DNA from: a virus
Lineage: Duplodnaviria; Caudoviricetes
Reading direction: 5' to 3' (one strand)
IMG/VR virus record: IMGVR_UViG_3300028585_000040
Location: 1-40,175 of that record
Length of the DNA stretch: 40,175 bases
Numbering within the stretch: the first letter of the stretch is position 1; every line of letters starts with the position of its first letter. A program made the position numbers and the translations under genes. Under the pieces are notes generated by a model. That model saw only the letters and a list, made by a program, of their open reading frames with translations, had not been told where the DNA came from and ran no database searches. Shown here one piece after another: positions 7,156 through 15,258 of this stretch.

Positions 7156-7404
7156 CTACTTGACGCCTCTTTCAGCCTCCTGGACAGCGTTCTGCACCAT
7201 CTTTACCGGGCTCAGCTTCAGGGCATCCGCAATCAGATAGAGCTTCGACAACTGGATGTCTGCACCCTTAGTGATCCGCATCATCGTTGACTCCGAAATG
7301 CCGGTCCGCTCAGCAAGCTCCAAGACGGTCATCTTCCGACGCGCCAAGCCTGCTCGAATCTCGGCAGCTAGGGCGTCGTTTATCTGTTCCTTGGTCGGTT
7401 GCAC
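7156..7404 (-). CDS. Immunity repressor (XRE HTH only, 82 aa, leaderless)
   Basis: The only leftward HTH gene, divergent from cro/xis; -10 TATGCT 6 nt before GTG; AEIRAGLARRKMTVLELAERTGISESTMMRI. Confidence 0.85.
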   Translation of the reverse strand: MQPTKEQINDALAAEIRAGLARRKMTVLELAERTGISESTMMRITKGADIQLSKLYLIADALKLSPVKMVQNAVQEAERGVK

Positions 7405-7491
7405 TGGCCGAGCATACTGCCAAATTTGACGGAAAGAAAGAACGCACAAGCTTGTGGCCGTCAGATTTGACTGCTAGGCTTCCAAATATGA
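7405..7491. promoter_or_regulatory. Divergent genetic-switch promoters with three operators
   Basis: Operators ccaaatttga 7420, tcagatttga 7461, ccaaatatga 7482; rightward TTGTGG-17-TAGGCT, leftward TATGCT. Confidence 0.85.
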
Positions 7492-7709
7492 GCAGAAGAA
7501 ACCACACCACAGCAGCCAGCAGGTGCATCCGCGCCCGCATGACTGCGACTGGTGCTGACGGACACAAGGTAGCGGAAGCCGCCGACATGACCCTCACCGA
7601 CCTGACCGCACGCCTCGAAGGGGTGGACGAGTTCACCGTCTTTGAGCTGGTTCGCGTCGGCGGCTTTCTTGCGCTCCCGATCCACGAACTATTCACGGAG
7701 GCAGCATGA
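7488..7709 (+). CDS. Cro-like HTH protein (leaderless)
   Basis: First gene of the rightward early operon; IRARM...KVAEAADMTLTDLTARLEGVDEFTVFELVRVG. Confidence 0.75.
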   Translation: MSRRNHTTAASRCIRARMTATGADGHKVAEAADMTLTDLTARLEGVDEFTVFELVRVGGFLALPIHELFTEAA

Positions 7710-7906
7710 GCGACACGCTCGACAAGCTCGCCTACTCGATCCCCAACTTCGCAAACGCTGTCGACCTGTCAGTTGACACCATCCGCAAAGCGATCGACAA
7801 CGGCGACCTGATCCCTTCCTACCCCACCAAGGCAGGCAGGAAACCGATCATCACCAAGCCGGAGGGTGAGCGCTGGCTCGCAGCACTCCCCTCCGAAAGA
7901 CCGTAA
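7706..7906 (+). CDS. xis: Excisionase-like HTH protein
   Basis: KLAYSIPNFANAVDLSVDTIRKAIDNGDL...GRKPII...ERWL; position after cro. Confidence 0.75.
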   Translation: MSDTLDKLAYSIPNFANAVDLSVDTIRKAIDNGDLIPSYPTKAGRKPIITKPEGERWLAALPSERP

Positions 7907-8167
7907 CTCCTTAGCCACCCAGCTTCTCGTCAACTGCCGCCCTCACGAGGCGGTGTTTGCCATGCCCTCAGACCGCCCCACCAGGCCAGTACGTCGCGCA
8001 TCTGCCCCTTCACAACTACACAGCGTGGCCCCGACGAAGAAGAAACGGGGCCGGCGTGACGCGTACACGGCACCCCTCAGTGGACAACCCGTCGCTTACG
8101 CCCAATCAACTACTTCACCTCTATGGAGCGTCGTAAGCGGGCTATGTGCCCCCGCGCTGACGAGGTG

Positions 8168-8224
8168 GCCCTAGCGAAAGCGAACGCAGCCACGACTGCG
8201 AGCCGTGCAAATCGGCGTAGGGCG
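8168..8224 (+). ncRNA. tRNA-like mini-cloverleaf element 1
   Basis: Closing stem gcccta/tagggc with arms gc-gaaa-gc, cgcag-ccacga-ctgcg and T-like arm gccg-tgcaaat-cggc. Confidence 0.5.
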
Positions 8225-8254
8225 CTTGCAATTACCTAATGAAAGGAACATCTG

Positions 8255-8488
8255 ATGCCCGAGACCAACGCCAATCACGACAACGCGTGCTCCCTTCTCG
8301 GATACGTCGTTGAGGAGCCCTTCAACGGCGACACCGACTGGAACGTCGTCGCCGCCTTCGACTGCATCGAGGCGGCTGAGAAGTACGCCGAGTTCCGCAA
8401 CCGCGCAGACCAGCCCGAGTACCCGTACCGCGTCGCCAATATCGGGACGCGCCACCGGGATGCCGCGGGGAGGTTGCTGGCCGCATGA
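8255..8488 (+). CDS. Hypothetical protein
   Basis: RBS gaaagga; 77 aa. Confidence 0.75.
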   Translation: MPETNANHDNACSLLGYVVEEPFNGDTDWNVVAAFDCIEAAEKYAEFRNRADQPEYPYRVANIGTRHRDAAGRLLAA

Positions 8489-8907
8489 CGGCTCCCGAAG
8501 TAGCCGAAACGCTTGAGGCGGTAACGGCAGACCGCGACCGCCTCCGACAGCAGTTTGCAAATTTGCTGGTGACTGCCCGGATCAATTACGGACTCTACAA
8601 ATCCGCTGACGGCGACTTGGCGCAACTACTTGAACAAGAAAGCAAAAGGATGAGCGAAAGAATCGTCGATCTTAGAGCAGGCGCTGACAACATGCCTCGC
8701 CAAAACTTGCGGCCGTGGGGAGACCCAACCCGGCACGTCCCGCAGCAGGGATCAATCCGATGGCGAGAGCGAGCGATGGCGGCAGAGGCCTTCATCAAAC
8801 GCCTTGAAGACATCGACCGAACGCCCAACGAAAACGGAGACACCTGGATCGACACCGAAGATGTCGATGCTCTCCTGGCCGATTACAAAGAGGCGCGCTC
8901 GGAATAG
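8485..8907 (+). CDS. Hypothetical coiled-coil protein
   Basis: ATGA-coupled, 140 aa. Confidence 0.75.
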   Translation: MTAPEVAETLEAVTADRDRLRQQFANLLVTARINYGLYKSADGDLAQLLEQESKRMSERIVDLRAGADNMPRQNLRPWGDPTRHVPQQGSIRWRERAMAAEAFIKRLEDIDRTPNENGDTWIDTEDVDALLADYKEARSE

Positions 8908-8936
8908 CCCGTGCCTGTGCCTGTGCCTAGCCCGCC

Positions 8937-8989
8937 GCCCCCGAGTCGTACCCGGGATCGTCCAGGTCCGAATCCTGGCGGGGGCACTA
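8937..8989 (+). ncRNA. tRNA-like acceptor/T-arm element 2
   Basis: 7-bp acceptor gcccccg/cgggggc stacked on 5-bp T stem ccagg-tccgaat-cctgg, then A-CTA. Confidence 0.55.
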
Positions 8990-9058
8990 GCACTGGTCTC
9001 GAACCCGAGCTTGACCAGCGCTTTCACGTACACGCACAACTACACAAAGGAGAACGGA

Positions 9059-9250
9059 ATGAACGGCATTCAGCTAGCCACTGTGATTCTCATCTGCATC
9101 ACATTTTGTGCGCAGGTCTACACCGTCGTACAGATGATCAAGACTGCGCGAATTCGCAAGCGGACCGCCCTCCTCTATCGCCTGCACCGAGCCAATCTGC
9201 GCATCGATGCAGACGGCAAGGTAGTCCGGGCTGGTGATCGACGTGCCTAG
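9059..9250 (+). CDS. Small membrane protein (1 TM)
   Basis: RBS aaggag; IQLATVILICITFCAQVYTVV followed by a basic tail. Confidence 0.7.
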   Translation: MNGIQLATVILICITFCAQVYTVVQMIKTARIRKRTALLYRLHRANLRIDADGKVVRAGDRRA

Positions 9251-9551
9251 ATCCCGCCGCCACGACCCGGCTACCTCAGATCAATACCCGTCGGACACCG
9301 AAGTTTCGGACGTGCAGCAGCGAGTCCTCATGCTCCTGCTTCTCAACGGCCCGAAGTGCGACCGGCACCTCATCGACCTGTACCGCGGCCACTACCCACT
9401 CCCCGAGCAGTACGCATCCGACTCCTCCATCCGATCGAGGAGAGCGGAACTCGTCGAGAAAGGCCTCGTCGCCTACGCCGGCACGAACGTCATCCTGCGT
9501 GGCCTCAAGCGGGACCGTGAGCACCAGCTTTGGGTGGTGACAGTCCTGTGA
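9234..9551 (+). CDS. Winged-helix-like DNA-binding protein
   Basis: PRSRRHDPATS...SSIRSRRAELVEKGLV pattern common in actinophage early regions. Confidence 0.65.
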   Translation: MIDVPRSRRHDPATSDQYPSDTEVSDVQQRVLMLLLLNGPKCDRHLIDLYRGHYPLPEQYASDSSIRSRRAELVEKGLVAYAGTNVILRGLKRDREHQLWVVTVL

Positions 9552-9703
9552 TCCCCGAGCAGGAGTACGGATTCCGTGAGTCCCCCGACTCCCGCATCGT
9601 CTGGACAACAGAGGACGCAGCCCGACGTATTTGCTTCGACCGCAACTACGTCCTCTACGTCCGCGAAGTGTCCAAGCCGAGGATTGCGAGGCAGCGTGTC
9701 TAA
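9548..9703 (+). CDS. Hypothetical protein (51 aa)
   Basis: GTGA-coupled; MIPEQEYGFRESPDSRIVW... Confidence 0.55.
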   Translation: MIPEQEYGFRESPDSRIVWTTEDAARRICFDRNYVLYVREVSKPRIARQRV

Positions 9704-9848
9704 CCCACTCCCCTACACAATCCGTGAATTCAAAACGCGCGGCTACTACTGCGACGCCCCCAACCATCTGCAAGCCGAAGCGATCTGCCTCCGCCTGTAC
9801 CGCGAAAGGGGCCGTCACTTCTTCTGGGAACTGAAGGTCAACGCATGA
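9696..9848 (+). CDS. Hypothetical protein (50 aa)
   Basis: Overlapping GTG start; MSNPLPYTIREFKTRGYYC... Confidence 0.55.
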   Translation: MSNPLPYTIREFKTRGYYCDAPNHLQAEAICLRLYRERGRHFFWELKVNA

Positions 9849-10006
9849 ACACACGAGCAGGTCACATCGCTCGAGCCGAGCACCTGCTCGACGAAGCGCG
9901 ACAGCTTGCCGGCGACCAGCGCCGCGACCACATCGCAGCCGCACACGTCCACGCAACCCTCGCCGCCCTCTACCCCACCGACTACGACAGGAACCAAGAC
10001 GAATGA
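9845..10006 (+). CDS. Hypothetical protein (53 aa)
   Basis: ATGA overlaps at both ends; HIARAEHLL...AAAHVHATLA. Confidence 0.65.
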   Translation: MNTRAGHIARAEHLLDEARQLAGDQRRDHIAAAHVHATLAALYPTDYDRNQDE

Positions 10007-10545
10007 GCAACAAAAGTGAAGCAACCTGGCACCCGAACACGCCTCCCGCAGCAGGCCACGCAGACCTCATCGCACAGGCTCGACGACGCGCGGATGTGAC
10101 GACAAGCATTGTTGAGGCAGCGCTCCTCCGCGATCTAGCCGACAGCCTCGTTAGCGAACGTGAAGCCACAAACCAGATCGTCCGAGAAGAGACAGCGCTG
10201 CTGCGCCACAAGTACCGAGGTGCGATGTCGATCAAAGGCCGGTCTCAGCGTGAGCGTGACGAGGCCCGTGCCGAGCGTGACGCCCTCGCTCGCGTCATCG
10301 AGCAAGCCCGCATCGTGGGCACCCAGCTCGACACCGTGAAGGCTGACGTGCTCAACGCGTTGCAGCCCTACGACGCCGCCCCGCCTGCCTCCCTGGCCCG
10401 GCACGATGCCGAGATGAAGGCGCGGGCACTCGAAGCTGCTGCAACCTCGGCACGCGCTATGCATGACCCTGTTGCAGCGGACTGCGAGGAGTGGGCCAGT
10501 TGGCTCGACGCTCGTGCCGCTGCGATCCGTGCTGAGGCCGAGTGA
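10003..10545 (+). CDS. Hypothetical coiled-coil protein
   Basis: 180 aa, Ala/Arg-rich, coupled. Confidence 0.75.
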   Translation: MSNKSEATWHPNTPPAAGHADLIAQARRRADVTTSIVEAALLRDLADSLVSEREATNQIVREETALLRHKYRGAMSIKGRSQRERDEARAERDALARVIEQARIVGTQLDTVKADVLNALQPYDAAPPASLARHDAEMKARALEAAATSARAMHDPVAADCEEWASWLDARAAAIRAEAE

Positions 10546-10763
10546 CAGCCCCCACCCTCGCTACCCGAACAGTCCTTACGTCACGCCAGCTCGAGATCCT
10601 GCAGGCCGTGGCGGACGGTGACACGCACGCCGAAATAGCCGACGCCCTCTTCATCACCGAGACCGCTGTCGGATCAACCCTCACCTACATACGAACCAAA
10701 CTGCGCGCGACCAACACACCCAACGCCGTCGCAACCGCACTCAGGAAACGGATCATCACATGA
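10542..10763 (+). CDS. LuxR/GerE-type HTH protein
   Basis: LTSRQLEILQAVADGDTHAEIADALFITETAVGSTLTYIRTKL...AVATALR. Confidence 0.9.
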   Translation: MTAPTLATRTVLTSRQLEILQAVADGDTHAEIADALFITETAVGSTLTYIRTKLRATNTPNAVATALRKRIIT

Positions 10764-11062
10764 GCCTCTACGTCGGAATGGACTACACCCCAATCGAGGA
10801 CTACGACACCACCCTCGAACAGAAATGGGACGCACTCTCCCACGCCCGTACACGCATCCCCGCCGGCGACGTACTCGAAGTCGCAGCAATGCTCGGCCTC
10901 GTCCACCTCCTCCCCGCCGACACCCACAACACGCCCCTCTGCCGCTGGAAACACCCACTCACACCCCACAACACCGGCCACCGATCCAACGGTCGCAACT
11001 ACTGCCTCGAATGCGCCCGCCAACGCAGACGCCGCGCACACACCGAAACCACAACCGCATGA
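10760..11062 (+). CDS. Hypothetical protein with HNH-associated zinc motif
   Basis: CRWKHPLTPHNT...GRNYCLECAR resembles the C-terminus of 16474-17061. Confidence 0.7.
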   Translation: MSLYVGMDYTPIEDYDTTLEQKWDALSHARTRIPAGDVLEVAAMLGLVHLLPADTHNTPLCRWKHPLTPHNTGHRSNGRNYCLECARQRRRRAHTETTTA

Positions 11063-11265
11063 ACCGAACACACCGCCCACTTTGGGCGCGGACACTCATT
11101 GAGGCCGGGAAGACAGCAGTCTTCCTGGCCTCCTTCTTTGCCCTCGGCACCTTCATAAACGGGGCCATCCACTTCCAGCCCGGCGCGATGCTCATCCTCG
11201 GCATGCTCATCGCCCTCGGAGCCGTCATCGCTTACGAGTACTGGCGCGAATGGAGAACACGGTGA
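11059..11265 (+). CDS. Membrane protein (2 TM)
   Basis: Two hydrophobic stretches; coupled. Confidence 0.7.
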   Translation: MNRTHRPLWARTLIEAGKTAVFLASFFALGTFINGAIHFQPGAMLILGMLIALGAVIAYEYWREWRTR

Positions 11266-11546
11266 ACGCCCGCATCCACGCCCACCAGGTCACATGCCCC
11301 CTCTGCCACGCACACGCTGGCGAGGCATGTGTCAGCCGGCAGAAGAACCCACTCCGGTTCGCGCACGACGAACGGGCCGACCTGGCCGCACGGAAGACCG
11401 CCGAACAGGAACGGACCGTGAAGCCCATGTCCACGTGTGATGCCTGCGAGAAGCCGATCTGGGAAGGCGAGGCCGTGTGCTTCGAGAACACGCCCGATGG
11501 CGGCTGGCTAGCTCACCGCGATTGCTGCGAGGACGTGCACGCATGA
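11262..11546 (+). CDS. Double zinc-finger protein
   Basis: CPLCHA...C...H and CDACEKPI...HRDCC. Confidence 0.7.
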   Translation: MNARIHAHQVTCPLCHAHAGEACVSRQKNPLRFAHDERADLAARKTAEQERTVKPMSTCDACEKPIWEGEAVCFENTPDGGWLAHRDCCEDVHA

Positions 11547-11674
11547 CCCGCCCCCGCCGTACCGCACTCATCACCACCGCCGTCATCCTCCTCGCCGTGG
11601 TCACCTACGTGGCAGCTGCGGCAGGACACCCGATCTTCGTCTACAACGCATACGAGCTCGAGGAGAACTCATGA
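11543..11674 (+). CDS. Small membrane protein
   Basis: RRTALITTAVILLAVVTYVAAA. Confidence 0.6.
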   Translation: MTRPRRTALITTAVILLAVVTYVAAAAGHPIFVYNAYELEENS

Positions 11675-12123
11675 CCGACATCACCGACATTCACCGACTC
11701 GCCTACGAGCGGGTCGAAGTGATCCGGGATATGCCTTCTTTCGCAGAAGCATGGGCCGAAGTCCGGAAGCTGCTCCCGCCCGAGCTGACGAACCCGCAGC
11801 CCGTTCTGCCGACCGAGCCGGGCCACTACCAGGACGAGCAAGGGCGGCACTGGCTGCACCAGGTGTACGGCCCCAAGAGCGAGCCGTACCACGTGGACCA
11901 GTGGTTGGACTGGAACGGGCAGAACGGCGCACCGCCCACGGGCAAGCTCACCCGTCTGGTGCCCGAGCGACCGCAGATCACAGACTCCGAGATCAATGAG
12001 GCGTGGGCGAACGCCAGGGAAGACGAGTCCATCCAGCGTCACCGCGACGGCAGCATGTCCGCAGTTGGTGCCTTCCACGCCGGATTCCGCGCTGCCATCA
12101 CGAACGGTGCCAATCGTGACTGA
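11671..12123 (+). CDS. Hypothetical protein
   Basis: RBS gaggag; LPTEPGHYQD motif. Confidence 0.75.
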   Translation: MTDITDIHRLAYERVEVIRDMPSFAEAWAEVRKLLPPELTNPQPVLPTEPGHYQDEQGRHWLHQVYGPKSEPYHVDQWLDWNGQNGAPPTGKLTRLVPERPQITDSEINEAWANAREDESIQRHRDGSMSAVGAFHAGFRAAITNGANRD

Positions 12124-12244
12124 CGCCGCGTACGAGGAGCAGGTCTTCGAGCACGCACAAGAACTGCTCGACCTCTACGACGGTCTGACCTACGAAGCCG
12201 CACTCTCCCGGGCACGCATCGAACTTGGAAGGAGACAGGGATGA
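12116..12244 (+). CDS. Hypothetical protein (42 aa)
   Basis: Overlapping GTG start; coupled to the exonuclease. Confidence 0.55.
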   Translation: MTDAAYEEQVFEHAQELLDLYDGLTYEAALSRARIELGRRQG

Positions 12245-12915
12245 GCCTCACCATCTACCGCGATTTGGAACAGGGCAGCGGAGAGTGGCTAGAGGCCAGA
12301 TGCGGCCTATTGACCGCCTCGAACGTCGGCAAGCTCGTCACATCCACCCTGAAACACTCCGAATCCGAAACAGCACGCGCACTCGTCGACACCCTCGCAG
12401 CCGAACGCATCACCGGCCACGTCGACTACGTACACCCCTCATTCGACATGCAGCGCGGAACCATGGACGAACCCCTCGCCCGAGACATGTACGCCGAACA
12501 CCACGCACCCGTCGACCAGATTGGGTTTGCGGTGCTGGAGGTCAACGGGCGCAAGATCGGGGCCTCACCCGACGGCCTGGTCGGCTCCGATGGCGGCATA
12601 GAGATCAAGTCCCGCAAGCCCCGGACGCAGCTCACCACCATCCTCAACGGCAAAGTGCCCGCCGCCAACCTCGCCCAGATTCACACCTGCATGCTCGTCC
12701 TCAACCGTGACTGGTGGGACTACGTGTCCTACGCCGGCGGATGGCCCCTCTACGTCCAACGGGTCCACCGCGACACCAAATGGGACACCGCCATCCTCAC
12801 AGCCCTCGACGCCTTCGAGACCCAAGCCGTAGCAATCATCGACAACTACCGACACCGCACCGACGGACTACCCATTGCCGAACGCGTCGACCACTTCGCA
12901 GAAATCGAGTTCTAA
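12241..12915 (+). CDS. YqaJ / lambda-exonuclease family recombination nuclease
   Basis: QGSGEWLEARCGLLTAS, MQRG..DEPLAR, GASPDGLV, IEIKS motifs. Confidence 0.93.
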   Translation: MSLTIYRDLEQGSGEWLEARCGLLTASNVGKLVTSTLKHSESETARALVDTLAAERITGHVDYVHPSFDMQRGTMDEPLARDMYAEHHAPVDQIGFAVLEVNGRKIGASPDGLVGSDGGIEIKSRKPRTQLTTILNGKVPAANLAQIHTCMLVLNRDWWDYVSYAGGWPLYVQRVHRDTKWDTAILTALDAFETQAVAIIDNYRHRTDGLPIAERVDHFAEIEF

Positions 12916-12917
12916 CC

Positions 12918-13472
12918 ATGGACATCACCCAGGCGCTTGCGCCAAACAGTGACCAGCTCGACGCAATTGAACTCGTCGAGCCACGCACATTCACCATCGA
13001 CACCGGATCACGCATCGGCAAACGAGACGGCAAGACCGTTGCCGAGATCCGCCTCGTCGAACTCGACCGAGTCTGGCGGCCTAGCAAGGGAATGCTCGAC
13101 GTGCTCGCGGCATGTTGGAGCACCAAGGGCGACCAGTGGCCAGGCAAGCGCGTCACCCTCTACAACGACCCCGAAGTCATGTTCGGCAAAGACAAGGTAG
13201 GTGGAGTGCGCATCAGCCACCTCTCCGACATCGATGCCGCCCGTGACGTGCAGATCAGAGGCGCAGGGGCAACCGGTCGCAAGCGGACTTGGCATGTCGA
13301 ACCACTGCCCGCCATCGTCCAGCGCGACTGGCTCGCAGAACTCGCCCTCGCCGCCGACAACCCCGACGCGATCGGCGCACTCGGCAAAGCAGCATCCGAC
13401 GCAGGTGCACCAGCAGCAACCATCAGCGCCATTCGGGATGCTTGGAACAAAGCCAAGGAGGCTGCCGGATGA
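12918..13472 (+). CDS. Putative recombination partner (candidate ssDNA-annealing protein)
   Basis: Follows the exonuclease; APNSDQLDAIEL, WPGKRVTLY.DPEV.FG...GGVRISHLSDI family pattern. Confidence 0.6.
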   Translation: MDITQALAPNSDQLDAIELVEPRTFTIDTGSRIGKRDGKTVAEIRLVELDRVWRPSKGMLDVLAACWSTKGDQWPGKRVTLYNDPEVMFGKDKVGGVRISHLSDIDAARDVQIRGAGATGRKRTWHVEPLPAIVQRDWLAELALAADNPDAIGALGKAASDAGAPAATISAIRDAWNKAKEAAG

Positions 13473-13849
13473 TCCTCGCCGCCAACCTCACCATCCCAGG
13501 ACAGCCCCTCCCCAAAGAGAGACCCCGGTTCGGCAAAGGCCGGGGCTACACATCCAAAGCCACTCGAGACGCAGAAGCTCGAGTGGCTTCGTCGTTCCAA
13601 GAACAAGCCGGACTGACCCACACCATCACGGAACCACTCACCGGACCCGTCAAGTTCGTTGCCCGCTTCTACCGCAAGAACAACGTCACCGCCGACCTCG
13701 ACAACTGCCTCAAACTCACCAGCGACGCACTCAACGGCATCGCATGGGTCGACGACAAACAGATCAAGAAGTTGCGGGCCGACTACTACGTGGACCCAGA
13801 CAGCCCTAGGACCGAGATCGAGATATGGACGGACGGGGAAGCGCGATGA
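13469..13849 (+). CDS. rusA: RusA-family Holliday junction resolvase
   Basis: IPGQPLPKERPR, ADLDNCLK...DALNGIAWVDDKQI. Confidence 0.93.
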   Translation: MILAANLTIPGQPLPKERPRFGKGRGYTSKATRDAEARVASSFQEQAGLTHTITEPLTGPVKFVARFYRKNNVTADLDNCLKLTSDALNGIAWVDDKQIKKLRADYYVDPDSPRTEIEIWTDGEAR

Positions 13850-13867
13850 CGAGAGAGGAAGGGTCGC

Positions 13868-14359
13868 ATGGCAGGCACGCTGCCCCGCATTTCTGAAATC
13901 GACTGGGAGCCGAACAGGCGCTATCTCAAGGACCCGCCCGCACGTTGCTGGGTATACGAAGTATGGGACGACCAGAACCGTCTGGCCTATGTCGGCATAG
14001 CCGACGACTTCGACCGTAGGTGGAGACAGCATGTGGACAAGTCGTGGTGGCTTAGTGAGATCCGAGTTCGGCACGTCTACGTCGAGGGGTATCGATCTCG
14101 TTGGGAAGCCAGGCAGATCGAGGCGTGCGTGATCAACCATCAATCACCCGTCTACAACACCAATCGGGAGCTACGCGCCTACCAGCAGTACCAGGAGCTT
14201 TGGTCGAACCCCGAACGACCGGTTGACGAGTACGACTGCATTCCGGTCAAAAAGCGGTTCTTCGAGGGCGCACCAGAAGAGAGAGGAGCACGCATATGGC
14301 AAGAGATCACGCATCCATCCGAATCGACATCTGGAACGACGACGACTTCCGATCACTGA
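13868..14359 (+). CDS. GIY-YIG endonuclease
   Basis: WVYEVWD...LAYVGIA...RRWRQH...W...E...I...PVYN. Confidence 0.85.
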   Translation: MAGTLPRISEIDWEPNRRYLKDPPARCWVYEVWDDQNRLAYVGIADDFDRRWRQHVDKSWWLSEIRVRHVYVEGYRSRWEARQIEACVINHQSPVYNTNRELRAYQQYQELWSNPERPVDEYDCIPVKKRFFEGAPEERGARIWQEITHPSESTSGTTTTSDH

Positions 14360-15258
14360 CCATCCACGCGCAGTTCCTGTACCTGCAGCTTCTCTCATCG
14401 GCCACCCTCAACTACTCGGGGGTGGCCGATTGGCGTCCGGTGCGAATCGCTGCGTTGTCTGAAGACGCGAGCAAGACGGCAGTCGAGCTAGCGGCGACCG
14501 AGCTGGCCGGTAAGTCGTTCGTAGTGATCGACGACGAGACGGAGGAGGTACTGATTCGTTCGTTCCTTAAGCACGACGGCCTCCTGCACAAGCCAAACGT
14601 CACTAAGGCGATGGTCTCGTCTTTCAGCAAAATAGCCTCGCCAACGCTTCGAGGAGTGATCGTGTGGGAGCTGTCGAAGCTCTACGAACGGCACCCCGAG
14701 TGGAAGGGCTTCGACGTCGAAGGGGTTCACGGGATCCTCTCGAGGACACCGGTTGACCCTTTCGAGTTGGTTTCGAACGGAAGCGGAAAGGGTTTGTCGA
14801 AGGGTTCCGTAAAGGGTTCCGAAAACAACCCCTCACTCCTTACTACTAACTCCTTACTCCTAGCTACTGACTCCACACACCTAGCTACGTCGGAACCTGC
14901 GGTCCGCGACGACGTCAAGGCCATCTGTGATCACCTCATCGCCTTGATGGAAAGCAACGGCGACAAGGCACCTGCCGTGGGCAGTAAATGGCACGACCAG
15001 GCCCGCTTGATGTTCGACAAGGACGGCAGGCAGCTCGATTCAGCAATGCGCCTCCTCTCATGGGCACTCAATGACCCGTTCTGGAAAGCGAACATCAGAT
15101 CCATTCCGACGTTCCGCGAAAAGTACGACCAGCTCAGACACCAGGCCAACGCCAAGCAGCAATCGGCACAAGGCACTCGCGGTACCCAGCGTGACGCCGA
15201 ACTTGTCGCCTTCATGACCGGGGCCGACAACAACTACACACAGGAGATCGAACGATGA
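14296..15258 (+). CDS. Replication initiator protein
   Basis: MARDHASIRIDIWNDDDFRSL N-terminus, internal repeats, C-terminal DPFWKANIRSIPTFREKYDQL. Confidence 0.85.
   Translation: MARDHASIRIDIWNDDDFRSLTIHAQFLYLQLLSSATLNYSGVADWRPVRIAALSEDASKTAVELAATELAGKSFVVIDDETEEVLIRSFLKHDGLLHKPNVTKAMVSSFSKIASPTLRGVIVWELSKLYERHPEWKGFDVEGVHGILSRTPVDPFELVSNGSGKGLSKGSVKGSENNPSLLTTNSLLLATDSTHLATSEPAVRDDVKAICDHLIALMESNGDKAPAVGSKWHDQARLMFDKDGRQLDSAMRLLSWALNDPFWKANIRSIPTFREKYDQLRHQANAKQQSAQGTRGTQRDAELVAFMTGADNNYTQEIER
14774..14890. repeat. Putative replication origin repeats inside rep
   Basis: aagggtt at 14788, 14800 and 14812 (12-bp period), then actccttact x2 and cctagctac x2. Confidence 0.6.

Noticed and set aside
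8157-8180. Hammerhead ribozyme core (CTGACGA...GAAA)
   Set aside because: No stem II between the motifs, and no stem I/III arrangement consistent with an NUH cleavage site
8911-8928. CRISPR-like or contingency repeat (gtgcct x3)
   Set aside because: Only three 6-bp units with no spacers; I saw no CRISPR array or cas gene anywhere in the window
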